NCBI RefSeq assembly: GCF_001194135.2
Contig: NC_068993.1
Coordinates: 19,248,954 to 19,312,953 of the forward strand
Direction of reading: 5' to 3'
DNA: 64,000 nt
Origin: Octopus bimaculoides
Taxonomy: Eukaryota
This document shows, in pieces, positions 12,501-24,983 of the stretch (its first letter is position 1; every line of letters begins with the position of its first letter). The position numbers were made by a program, and so were the translations under genes. Below the pieces are notes generated by a model. It was given only the letters and a program-made list of their open reading frames with translations, made no database searches and was not told the DNA's origin.

Positions 12501-14514
12501 TTCACCAGAAAATATCGTTGTAAGTCGTCTACGACCACATAACAAGAAAAAATGTCTAGAACCAAATATGTCTTATATATTATCTTCAAATATTTATCTC
12601 TGTACGAGAATGTCGTCAGAGCGTGTTGCATCTGCTCTGCTTACTTCCTTGCCTTGTCCTCAAATTTTTGAAAGCGTGAAAGACGCATTCTTGCGCACTT
12701 CTTCTGTTTACAGTGAACACTGCACGCCACACAACAGCTAAAGTTTCCTCACACCTCCTGTTTTGGTGATATATAAACGTTACTTTATTTCTGGAAAATC
12801 ATCGACTTCCTCCCTAAATTTTCCACGAAAAATTTGTCAGGTAAAGACGCACTACCCTTTGTAAAATACCTCTTCCACACGTTTTTCTCTTCGCTTGGAT
12901 TACCCTGTTTCTACAATTTTGGGGGGGATTGCAACGCTACGAAATGGTAAATTGTTGTTATTAACAAATTTTTGATTGTGATACGAGTTCTTGTTTTCCC
13001 TTATCGATATGCAGCCGTCTGTGTTTACAACTGAGTTCGTTTGGGTGATTGCAATTTTTTTCTGCTGTTCTTGTTTTTGTTATCTGTTTTCAACAATCGG
13101 AGTTGAGGTACAGACAGTGCCTGGCTCTATATTTTAAGCTTCATTTCAACAATCTGGCTTACCATCCATGCAGGAAGTGCTAAAGATTGTCTTAACCGGT
13201 ACATCACATGTACAGAGAAGAGCATTATCGCTGTGAATTTTCCTTTCTTTTTTCCACTTTATTTTCTTTGCTTACGTTTTTATATTTCAGTTTTTCTTTT
13301 TTACTCTCTGTCTTTGTTCCCCTTTTCTTCTGTCACATGACTTTGTAAATGAACAATCTGATGTGCTTATATCAATGGTTGACGAATGTATACAGTGAGT
13401 TTCTCTGCCCTAAGTGTCAGGAAAACACTCGGCAAGAAACGGAAACAGGATTGAAAGAAGAGGATAATGAAAATAACAACAACAACAACAACAACAATAA
13501 TAATAACAATAACAATAATAGTTTCTAATTTATCTACAAAGCCAGTAATTTTGAGAGGAATGCTTCAGTCGATAACTTGATGGCAATACTAGACTGCTAT
13601 TTAATTCTCTCGTTCTTGTTGATATGCAAAGCAATGCACACTTTGGTGAGATTTTATAACATTTATCGGCATGATCTATATGTCCAGCAAGTAATTCTAT
13701 GTGTGTATAATTTTATAATGAAACTATCCCTTTTCCTTTTTGAATCAGAAATCCTGCGTCTAGTAATAACTAATTGGAAACCATTATCCAATGATGTCAC
13801 TGCACAGAAATAACATAAAATATCTAAATAACTAATGGATGATATAAAATCAAAATCAAAATGACTTTTATAACATTGGACAATTTCAGTGAACACAAAT
13901 GGCATTTTACGGCACTGTCACTATATATTTACCTCTGTTTGTGGTTCTTGACACACCGACATAAATTGTTCATATGCAAATACATTAGACAGAAGTGGTC
14001 CTTTCTGACAAGAAAACAAGTAGCATTGAAAATTATTTAGGGTTTTTACCCTACTCAGATGACACTCTAACTGAAATGTGTAAATACACGAGAGTGAACA
14101 GTAAATACAAAACCTACCGGCGTGATGTTGTATGTCATCAATCAAATTGCTAAAAAATATGTAGAATAAATTGGGGTTTCCAATATATATATCTTTTTTG
14201 GATATATTGGGATGCAGTTACTATTCACCAACAAGCAGGAATTACATCAACCGAACGTTATAAGAGAACACAATAAAAATGGTTAATTTCTTTCCTAAAG
14301 CCATTGATTCATTCAAGAAAAATATCGGACAATTTGTTGACTGCCATTAAATGTAAAATTAACAAATTTACGAGCCTATAATAGATTATCCGTCTGCAGG
14401 ATGTATCGACAGAAGACGCTCACATGCAAAATACGGACAGTTACCCGTAAACTCGACCTGTAACCAGTAACACACAAGCTTCTTTATCTTGATAAGTTAG
14501 TAGGATTTTTTTTA

Positions 14515-14740
14515 CCTTTTATCTTTTACTGGCTTCAGTCATTGGATTGCGGCCATGCTGAGGTATTGTCTTGAATAAGTTTTAGTCGAATAGATAGGCT
14601 CCAGTACTTATTTTTATTTCTTTCAGCCTCGTACTTATTCTACCATTCTCCTTTGCTGAACTTTTAGGTTACATGGCCGTAATCAAACCAACACTGGTTG
14701 TCAAGAACGGTGAGGGACAAACACAGACACACAGACACAT
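14515..14740 (-). mobile_element. SINE family C, 3' tail module (tail D)
   Basis: tcttttactggcttcagtcattggattgcggccatgc...ggacaaacacagacac; same module at 39660, 50988 and 63765, each followed by CA-rich repeats. Confidence 0.8.
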
Positions 14741-14884
14741 AGACACACAGAAACACGTGCTTGCGCGCAAACAGATACAAACACACACCCGAATACACAC
14801 ACAAACTCACACACGCACACACACGCACACATACCCACAAACACACACATACCCACACACGCACACAGACACACGCAAATTACC

Positions 14885-15003
14885 AGTACTTTGAAAATAA
14901 GTTCTGCAGTCAATTTATTCAAATAAAGACATTATTCAAGGTGGTGCCCCTGCATGGCCGCAGTCAAATGACCAAAACAAGTAAAAGACAAAAGATAAAA
15001 GAT
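14885..15003 (+). mobile_element. SINE family C 3' tail fragment, inverted relative to 14515-14740
   Basis: gcatggccgcagtcaaatgaccaaaacaagtaaaaga followed by (aaaaga)n-like terminal repeats. Confidence 0.8.
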
Positions 15004-15443
15004 ATTTCCTATCCATATATGTTTGTATTTTGGCTTCATTCTCAAGCACTGTTTGTTCATTTGCACTTCTCACTAACTAACTTTGGTGAAGTGAAATTTC
15101 GTTAGCACTCTTCTGATAATCATTGCAAATCAACAGAAAATTTAGTAACAAGACCAAAAATAAAAAAGAAAAGAAAAGAAGAACCCAGTACATTGGTATC
15201 TCTTTTTGTGGGCTGTGTGAGAGTTTCTATTCTTTCGCCATAAACAGATTCAGTAACCCTATGGTGGGTAAAAAGTAATTGAAGTGTCATACGTATATGA
15301 AACAATGCGTGGACATTTATAAATGTATCTTATGTGGTTTGCTTTAAATGTTATTAAGTAGAGCTGAGTAGCAAGAGAAATTGTAGTTGAATGTCTTATG
15401 CAAATTATTCGTATAATAGTTATTCCTATCTAATATAGACTGT

Positions 15444-15571
15444 TTATAATTTATAAAATATTGTGCACACAGCAAAAAGTATTCCAAGTATCACAGTACT
15501 AGAATGTTTCCACTTGCTAGTGCTACTAGATAAACAAGCCTCAGAAAACAAGTCACCGTCTCTGATGTTTA
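15444..15571 (-). CDS. Candidate terminal exon with GPI-signal-like or TM C-terminus
   Basis: Acceptor ataattttactatag|; phase-1 frame NIRDGDLFSEACLSSSTSKWKHSSTVILGILFAVCTIFYKL* (small residues, spacer, hydrophobic tail). No homologue recognised. Confidence 0.3.
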
Positions 15572-15903
15572 CTATAGTAAAATTATATATTGATATCAAA
15601 ATGCATATATACATGTATGGATGTGATGACGTGTGTAAGTACGTACGTCTAAGTATATAGTTATGTATGGTATGTATGCATGTAAGTATGTGTACAAACA
15701 TCTATCTCTATATATAGACATATATATATGCACATATATATATGTGTGTGTGTATGTGTGCATGTTTGCATGTATGAATGTATATATAAGTATATAGGGT
15801 ACCACACTTAGCCAATGCATATACACGCACATATACATCCACCTATCTCTCTCCTCTCTCTGTTTTTGTGTGTCTGTCTGCTTCTCTCTCTGTAAGGTGT
15901 ATT

Positions 15904-15949
<46 letters not shown>

Positions 15950-15968
15950 CATATACACACATACATAT

Positions 15969-16013
<45 letters not shown>

Positions 16014-17905
16014 AATATGTGTGTGCGTGTGTGTGTGTGTGCGTGTGTGTGTATGTGTGTTTATATGTGTTTGTGTGTATGTATGTGTGCATGTGTGTAT
16101 ACATATATCGATTAAAAGTTTATACATTTAAAATGAGTTACTCTTAATAAGATCAAAATTTTCCAGACAATTTATCTCATGTTGTATGTATGCAAAATAT
16201 TTATATCTACACTTAGTTTCGATCGCTTAGATCGTATTTGATGGATATCAAATTGATCAAAATGCAGTATAGATGTAAATATTCCAAATATACACTTTAA
16301 AGATCGTGTTAATACCCGGAAAATCATAATCTCATAATGACTACACACACTACCACATACCCAGATATTTCTATTTGTTTACATATGTATTAATATACCC
16401 AAAGACGAACAAACAGTAACTAATGTGTGTATGCATGTATGTATATATGTATTATGTATTCATATGCATCTTAACGTGAGAAATGTTACTGGTGTAGTGA
16501 AGATTCGATGTTGATCTAATTTTATCACTTAACCATTTTTTCATATTTCCTCGTGAATTTATTACAGTGTATTTTTGATAGAGATTTTTCTACGACTGCG
16601 TTCCTAGACTTCCACACCATCTTCTGGAAAAATGGATTGAGTTTTCCGTGTTTTATTGTTGTTTATTTTTTTCAGCGGGCAGGTCTAATAGGAGTGTTAG
16701 TTTTCGGTGAGATTTTTGGACCCTTGGCAATTAATAAGAGATAAACTGAACGACAAACCTGTTGTTATTGATGTCTCTGCTCACCCTTTCATTAGGGATT
16801 TGGTATACGCTGGTTAGTTGGTCACCCTTAAATTTAATTGGCACTGTTACAGACATAGTAATAATATCAGAATAAATTATAAAAAGATAAGAGTATGAAT
16901 AAGGCTTCCAAATTTTGGCACAAAGCCAGTTATTTTTGAGAATGAGAGTTAGTTAGATGATTATGTAGTGTATGATTTAAGTTACATATATATTTGAGAG
17001 GATGGTTAAAGTTGGTTCACTAATAATCATTAGCTGTGTTCATGAAACATTGCGCTAGATACAAATCAATAGAATAAATTTCTCCCCAGTACAGTAGAGA
17101 ATGCAAAGTTGCTAGTATTCGTTTCTACAATTTACTTTCATTTTATGTTGTGATCCAAGGCATTAGAATTGCTCCTTGCATCAAATGCATCGTAACCGAT
17201 GGGGAAACGCTTTCCTTCACCTGTTAATGTGACAGCGGTAATCATGAAGTTTCAAATTTCTGGACTCCTGCCTTTATCATTGTATTTTCGCGGATTCTCA
17301 TGGCTTTCTCTTCCCGTCCAATTTCCTTAATATCAATTATGATTCGGGAGCTTGAATCATAGTGAATATTTCATTACTTGATTACACAACTATAGACGCC
17401 ACCCCTATGGATATGTTGCAGTTATTCTCTTAATAGAGCTTGGTGATCCTGAGACAATGTAAGAAGTATCGTTGGCTTAGTTCAGCTCTTCCGCTACTTC
17501 TTCACAATCCGTCATGCTACAGACCCAACATTTCGCTGTATTCCTGGTAGGGTGTCTTTTGTTATAAACAATTATTACTGTTATTATTCTAGTTAACATT
17601 GTATAAATATTATTATTATTATTATTATTATTATTATGATATTATAATTTGCGTTGCCGAGTCACAAAATAGCCAGATTTTTGGATTCACCTACATCATA
17701 CACAAGTAATTGATGTGTATTATATCCTTATTATTCTTAATTTACGTGCTCACACGGTGAAATATACACTTTAATGAAAGATTGCATAGCAAATATTACT
17801 CATGTGATGTGTTAATCATTTCAAATAACCAGTAGGTACCTAAATGAATCGTGATCTTGGCTCTTCGTGAAATTGACGAGCATATGAGGACAAAAGAAAA
17901 CATAC

Positions 17906-17960
17906 CTTAAAGTCATTCTCCATACATATAAATTATAACAAGCTGAAATGCTGAGTAACT
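17906..17960 (-). CDS. Candidate internal exon, 55 nt (phase 1 to 2): (E)LLSISACYNLYVWRMTL
   Basis: Strong acceptor ctttattatttcacag| and donor AAG|gtatgt; only one frame is open. Confidence 0.35.
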
Positions 17961-18705
17961 CTGTGAAATAATAAAGACCACAATAACACAACAAAGTTCA
18001 TTATTTATATATTATAATTTTATAATTTTCTCTTGTATTAAGATATTCATTGTTGCTGATGTATGCTATAAAAATATTTCTATTCACTGCTTCTTGCACG
18101 AACTTTATTATTGTGTAACTAAAAACACCCCTCCCCACACACATACGCACGCACACACACACATGCACAAACATATACACACACGCATACAAACAAGTAT
18201 ACGCAAGCAAACACACATTATGCGTGTGTATGAATATATATGTATATAAAACATATATATAATATATATAATATTTATATATATATACATGTATATATAT
18301 ATATACATACGTACATATGTATATATACATACGTACATGTATACATGCATAGACACACACACACACATATATAGAGTTGCATATATTTGTATGATGTAAT
18401 ACAACCTAATATAATTATTTCTCCTATAACATCAGGAATGTGTCTTGAAGCAAAAAAAGCTGCCAGTGTCTACATTATATATGCAATAGTGTTATATAAT
18501 TTAATATGATATAAACTTAACAGAATAAAAAAAAACAGAAACTTTTCGTTGCATATCTAATATAAAATATTTTCTTTAATATACCTATCTCAAAATATGT
18601 ATTTATTTCAGTTAAGTTAACATCATACGCATGCGCGCGCAGACACACAGATACACATACACACGCACACAAACACATACACACACACTCACACTACATG
18701 CACAT

Positions 18706-18831
18706 GTGTGTTGCGGTAAAAAGCTTACTTCCCAGCTTTCTGAGCTCAGATTTAATGCGTGGCACCTTGGGCAAGTGCCTTGCACGATAACCTTGTATGT
18801 GGATTTCGTAAGAGGAAACTGAAAGAAGCCC

Positions 18832-18836
<5 letters not shown>
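18706..18836 (+). mobile_element. tRNA-type SINE family C head plus CORE-like segment
   Basis: tgcggtaaaaagcttacttccc...gcgtggcaccttgggcaagtg...ggaaactgaaagaagccc then (TA)n; homologous to 45771-45922. Confidence 0.8.
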
Positions 18837-18871
<35 letters not shown>

Positions 18872-19893
18872 ATTAAAGGGAAGATATATTGTTGATTTAG
18901 TATATAGGGGTCGGCTTTGCACCAAGCCCTACTCTGTGAGTTTAGATCTCGTAAAGGCCACCTCCTTACCGAAACGGTGACAGTTTCGAACTGGACGTTA
19001 ATAAATTAACTCAGCATAATCCCAGCTCCAAACATATAAACCCAAACCACCAGCTGACCCCCTTAACAACACTAACCCTCATAATTCTTACAATAATTTC
19101 ACTACTAACACTCGACCCTTTAATTTACCACAACGCCTAACTATAGTACTTGTAAAAATAAAAAACGAGACAGAAAATACGACCAGGCACAATAATTATC
19201 ACATTATACATTATGCATTGCTTGTACATATGAAAATTAGCTTGATCTGAGAGGTGGGTTGCTCTCTCTCTCTCTCTCGGCATGTACGTATGTATGTATG
19301 TATAGCGCAGGGTATTCCCTCCGATGCAACTCGGATTTTCAGATTCACTGAATTTGATCAATTTCGTAACAAGACATTTTTCTATGGATTAGGTTGTGCT
19401 TAAAATTTTTACCCGAGTATCCGTACGTTAGTTTAACCCACTACACCAACAACAGACGAATTGAAGAAAAGATATTTATTCGCCATCTGCCCTCATAGGA
19501 AAAACATAATCTTATGGAAGAATTCGCAACCTAATACGATAAAATGCAGTTGTATGATAATCAATATTTGTCATATACAGTAGTCTCTTTTTTTACTTTA
19601 GCATTCATTACGTAAACCGGTAGTTTTGTGTTCCTTACAAACCATGAACACATGGTATTATTCTGCTAATAACTTCCCTACTATAAACCAGTATAAACAT
19701 CTGTCCCACAGAATATGACCTAATGTGGCAATTGAATATAACACATGCACCATAATGTTGGGAATTCCAGTAGAGCACAAACTGCCATCTTTTCTTTCTA
19801 TTGCTTGAAGATTTGCATTGATCGATAATCTCTATTTCTAGACATAAATATTGAAATGTATATCACGTCCGTTTGTTAGAAATAACTGAATAC

Positions 19894-19968
19894 CTTTACG
19901 CGTGGATGTCCATAAAATATAAAATGTCGAGGATGAATCTCTACTTAGAATAGCATTCTTATTCCCCT
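19894..19968 (-). CDS. Candidate internal exon, 75 nt (phase 1 to 1): GNKNAILSRDSSSTFYILWTSTRK
   Basis: Acceptor gtgttttgtttgtag|, donor AAG|gtattc; only one frame is open and it is phase-compatible with 17906-17960. Confidence 0.3.
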
Positions 19969-20809
19969 CTACAAACAAAACACTACACAAAGAAATCCAT
20001 AATATAAAACAAACATTAGCGAGTAGCATTATACAAAGCTAGTAGAAGAAACACTATAGAGACAAATTCAGTGCTGTAAATACATCAGAATTCATATCAA
20101 TTAAAAATAAACAAATCATACACAAAATATATTACACGAACCAAATTCGTATTAAATATTAAATAAATGAACGGATAAAAAAATTATAATCCAGATTTCA
20201 AACAGTATTGTATCCAATCGTAATAATATTATCATTGGTTGTAATATTAATCATTAAGAATATATAAAGAAAACGATAACATTTCACACCATCGTTCCAA
20301 TAACAAATTACAAGCTGCACTCTTCCTTTCACTTACCAGTTCTCTGTCAGTATTTCACTGCTCTTATTGGCAGAAAAGCGTAGGACACAAAATAGCATAG
20401 CATAAAATCTTTCACATCGGAAATTTCCAAAGGTACGTAATGAATCAGAATGTGCCAACTCACGATAAGCGGGTATTAGGAGTAACTAGCTCACTACTTC
20501 TTCAAGGAAAAATGCATGGTACAGTCAGGGGTTCCATACAGTGGAAGTTACGCTTTGTAATTGACACTAAAATGAAATACTAATATATCTATACGTATAT
20601 ATGATATAGCTGCTGCTCCAAAATGAAGAGTATCATTACACGTGGTCAATACTAAGAGCCTATATACAGCAGTAACTGTCGCGACCTAGGACCCTGTCCA
20701 CTTGACTAACGATGTACGATTAAATCTATCATATGCGAGGTAGAATTCATCGCAACCATAAATAATAAAACAGATAAGAAGACCTATATTGAATTAAGTG
20801 AAACTGTCA

Positions 20810-21185
20810 GTAAAAAATGTGGTATCTCTAATTGAGGGATGAGAGTTCTTTTCCAAAGAGGGTCAACGTTTTACAGTGAAAAGCAACTTCACGTGTGCTT
20901 CGGAGAACCTGATATATGTGCTAACTTATTCTGGGTGTCGAGAGCAATACATAGGCCAAAACAAAAACAGTCTACGTCAAAAGATGGCTCCACATAGATC
21001 CCAGATCGTAATTCGGAAATACAGAAAAATAGCAAAAGCGAACACATTGACATTTGCGCCAATGACAAAGAACCCAACATCAGAATGTTTTCCCTCTATC
21101 AATTCAGAGACGATGCAACCTGTAGTCAGCGCATTATTAAAGAATTTTATTTTATCACAAAATATAAACCCATTTTCAATGCGTC
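20810..21185 (+). mobile_element. Penelope-like element, GIY-YIG endonuclease C-terminal fragment
   Basis: FTCASENLIYVLTYSGCREQYIGQNKNSLRQKMAPHRSQI, then after a frameshift RIIKEFYFITKYKPIFN. Typical PLE GIY-YIG signature. Confidence 0.85.
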
Positions 21186-21377
21186 CACCACAAATTACTC
21201 CATTACAAGGGCCTTAGAATAATACCCAGGCAAATATTGAAAACGATATATTCAGAACAGTAACTACCCATGAACTTATTGAGAACAATTCCAGTCACTA
21301 CCACTACAACCAATTTTAGGTCACTTGACCATTTAAGAGGATTCCACCAACATCCTACTACTGTCATACCACTCCCG

Positions 21378-21417
21378 CATTCTTCTTCTTCTTCTTCTTC
21401 TTCTTCTTCTTCTTCTT

Positions 21418-21492
<75 letters not shown>
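21378..21492. repeat. (TCT)n(TAT)n compound microsatellite
   Basis: Directly visible. Confidence 0.95.
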
Positions 21493-21871
21493 GGCCGCCG
21501 CCGCTTCCTTTCACAACTAATACTGCTGCTTAAACAATCAAAAACAAGAATTCATATCAAATATCAGAACTAGTACTACCTGCTGCCCACTACCTAGAAC
21601 TCACATGAGAAAAGTGAGAGAGAGAGGAAGAAAAAAGGAAAATGTCCCTTGCATTTGAAAACTATAGAAATATTTTAAAGAAACATTTTATTTAATTTTT
21701 CTACAATTTATTTGTTTTTCATGCTTTACATTAAGTTGAAAAAGTCGCAAAGATTGAAACCGGTACTAAAATGTACTTCATGATAAAATTATTGTAGCAT
21801 TTTCTACCTTGTCTTTTTTGCTTATACATATCGACTCGTGTGTTCCTTTTTAACCTTCTACACACACACAT

Positions 21872-21922
<51 letters not shown>

Positions 21923-22051
21923 TATATTTGTGTGTGTGTATGTGTGTGCATGTGTAGGCGTGTGTATGCTTGTATGTGCGTGTATATGCAACTTTGTGTT
22001 TGAGTTGGTATCTCATGTTCGAGAATAGGCTTTGGTTTGTTTATCTTGTAG

Positions 22052-22150
22052 CATAGCAATTTGTCAAAAGGAACCAACAGAATGTCGAATGCTCAACAGA
22101 TGGCAACCTCGCAAATGCTCAATGGGAATCCCTCACAAAACCAAGCGGTT
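22052..22150 (+). CDS. Candidate exon, 99 nt (phase 0 to 0): HSNLSKGTNRMSNAQQMATSQMLNGNPSQNQAV
   Basis: Acceptor ggctttggtttgtttatcttgtag|, donor |gttagt; open symmetric frame, Q/N-rich, ATG at 22082. No homologue recognised. Confidence 0.4.
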
Positions 22151-22219
22151 GTTAGTATCCATTATATATCCACACATTTATTTCTAACTCAATCTTAAAT
22201 TCAATATTTCTTTAAACCT

Positions 22220-22440
22220 AAGGCAGCGAGCTGGCTGAATCGTTACTGCACCGGGAAAAATGCTTGGCTGCATTTCGCCGGTCTTTAAGATCTGTGTTCC
22301 AATTCCGCCGAAATCGACTTTGTCTTTCATCCTTTCGGAGTCGATAAAATAAATACCAGTTGAGCACGGGAGTCAATCATTTAGACTTACTCCCTCCACC
22401 GAAATTGTTGGCTTTGTACCATAATCTGATACTAATATTT
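22220..22440 (+). mobile_element. SINE family A
   Basis: Similarity to the other family A copies across its length. Confidence 0.85.
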
Positions 22441-23146
22441 CTTTAAACATATCATTCCATAACCTCTTTTGATTTCTTATAGAACAAAGCATCTTGTATT
22501 TTGGAGAATAGTACTCTCTACGCTTAACTTTGGCATCATTAATATCTCCATCTCTACTGTTCACAAATATAAACTATACCCAGCGATAAATTTACTTTAT
22601 TAATATCGTCTTTGTTNNNNNNNNNNNNNNNNNNNNNNNNNNNNNNNNNNNNNNNNNNNNNNNNNNNNNNNNNNNNNNNNNNNNNNNNNNNNNNNNNNNN
22701 NNNNNNNNNNNNNNNNNNNNNNNNNNNNNNNNNNNNNNNNNNNNNNNNNNNNNNNNNNNNNNNNNNNNNNNNNNNNNNNNNNNNNNNNNNNNNNNNNNNN
22801 NNNNNNNNNNNNNNNNNNNNNNNNNNNNNNNNNNNNNNNNNNNNNNNNNNNNNNNNNNNNNNNNNNNNNNNNNNNNNNNNNNNNNNNNNNNNNNNNNNNN
22901 NNNNNNNNNNNNNNNNNNNNNNNNNNNNNNNNNNNNNNNNNNNNNNNNNNNNNNNNNNNNNNNNNNNNNNNNNNNNNNNNNNNNNNNNNNNNNNNNNNNN
23001 NNNNNNNNNNNNNNNNNNNNNNNNNNNNNNNNNNNNNNNNNNNNNNNNNNNNNNNNNNNNNNNNNNNNNNNNNNNNNNNNNNNNNNNNNNNNNNNNNNNN
23101 NNNNNNNNNNNNNNNNNNNNNNNNNNNNNNNNNNNNNNNNNNNNNN

Positions 23147-23195
23147 TCCTCCTCCCCCTCCTCCTCCTCCTCTCCTCATCCCCCTCCTCCTCCTC

Positions 23196-23255
<60 letters not shown>

Positions 23256-23278
23256 ACATCATCGTCATCATCGTCATT
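23147..23278. repeat. (TCC)n(TCA)n compound microsatellite
   Basis: Directly visible. Confidence 0.95.
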
Positions 23279-24202
23279 TGCCATAATTTATTCATATATT
23301 TATATTTGTAGACGTAGTTACCTTCATTTATATATTTTTTATTGCCACACTCTTCAGTTGCTTTTATTGATATATTTTATTTTATCTTGTCTTTAAACTG
23401 ATATATTTCTACTTTCAGTTTTATTTAATGTATAAATTTATTCTTATTTCCGTCAATTGTTAATCTCTATGAAAGTAGTATATATGTCAGGAGAATTTGC
23501 AATTAATTCTAACAGGTGAGAGGGGCCAGGTACAACCTCCCTTCTTTTGCGAGTAAAGGCAATAACATAATGTCATCCCCTGTTTTATAGGAATTCGTGA
23601 ACTCTAAATGTATATATATATATATATATATATGATAATTAAAAGATTCTTTTCCACCTGACGCATATTAATTGATTAAAAATTTCGCCAACTCTGCCAC
23701 AACACATGATTCTAAAAAAGTAATTACTATATAGGAAGATGGTCAGCTCTTATATTCACTAACTTGATGAGAATCACAACGCTCACACAGTAGAAACACT
23801 AAGTGGAAACACTAATTCATTATTATAGTAAACATTAAAATAATAAAAGTTTTCCAAGTGCACACATATAGAAATGTAAACTTCTCTCAACTTCTGATCC
23901 TCCACAAACATCTAGTGGCACTGGACTCACAAGAAAACAAGCCACAGATAAATGTTCCTGCAACATCAACCACGCTAATCTTATCCACATATATTATAAA
24001 TGACATTCAACGTGAACAATGATTTGTAATATGTACTCCGTTGTCAATACTAATATATTACTGTGTTTACCTGAAAACTCTATAGGCTTTTGTCGATATG
24101 AGTTAAGCGGAAAATGAGAGATTTCTGAGAGAAGAGATGAACAGTTTCAACAATCATATACTTGAGGATCACAACACTGAAATTACAAGTTAGGACTCAG
24201 AA

Positions 24203-24285
<83 letters not shown>

Positions 24286-24495
24286 TTAACTATCTATCTA
24301 TCTATCTATCTATCTATCNNNNNNNNNNNNNNNNNNNNNNNNNNNNNNNNNNNNNNNNNNNNNNNNNNNNNNNNNNNNNNNNNNNNNNNNNNNNNNNNNN
24401 NNNNNNNNNNNNNNNNNNNNNNNNNNNNNNNNNNNNNNNNNNNNNNNNNNNNNNNNNNNNNNNNNNNNNNNNNNNNNNNNNNNNNNNNNNNNNNN

Positions 24496-24548
<53 letters not shown>
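24203..24548. repeat. (TATC)n and (GA)n microsatellites flanking a gap
   Basis: Directly visible. Confidence 0.9.
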
Positions 24549-24552
<4 letters not shown>

Positions 24553-24944
24553 AGAATAAGAAAGATAGATATATATAGATACGCGTATACATGCGTATAC
24601 ATACGTATAATTATTTTAGGAGAAAGTAAAATCAAATGAACGTTACGGACGTTTCCCTGAACTAACATCGTTTCTTTCGCATTACAAAATTATGCATTAT
24701 ATACTATGAGTGTCAGAAATTAACGATGATTCACTTCTCAAGAATTCTGAACTTGAATAACAATCTGCGATGCAGGATACTTTTCACCATTTCATGGGTG
24801 TATTAACAACATGCAAATAGTCGAAATGTATATCTTTTTTCGATGATATATATCCTACCTTTAGATCACGATATCTGAGGACATGAGTCTTGTTACATAT
24901 TTCCATACATTATGCCATATTTTTACGCCATGTATTATGCCGTG

Positions 24945-24983
<39 letters not shown>

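Noticed and set aside
17190-17560. Mariner-like phrases (EEVAEELN on minus, IVTDGET on plus)
   Set aside because: The motifs lie on opposite strands and no TIRs were found.
18945-18990. aaggcc...ccgaaacgg resembling a PLE terminal ribozyme
   Set aside because: No CUGANGA and no UH triplet; only a cgaaac/gtttcg hairpin.
19838-20029. ORF starting with an apparent signal peptide, MLLANVCFILWISLCSVLFVEG
   Set aside because: The hydrophobic stretch is better explained as a translated T-rich polypyrimidine tract before the acceptor at 19969-19970.
23505-23522. AG|GTGAG juxtaposition suggesting a recursive splice site (similar at about 8905, 12840, 39475)
   Set aside because: Weak pyrimidine tracts and no defined host intron; chance occurrence is likely.
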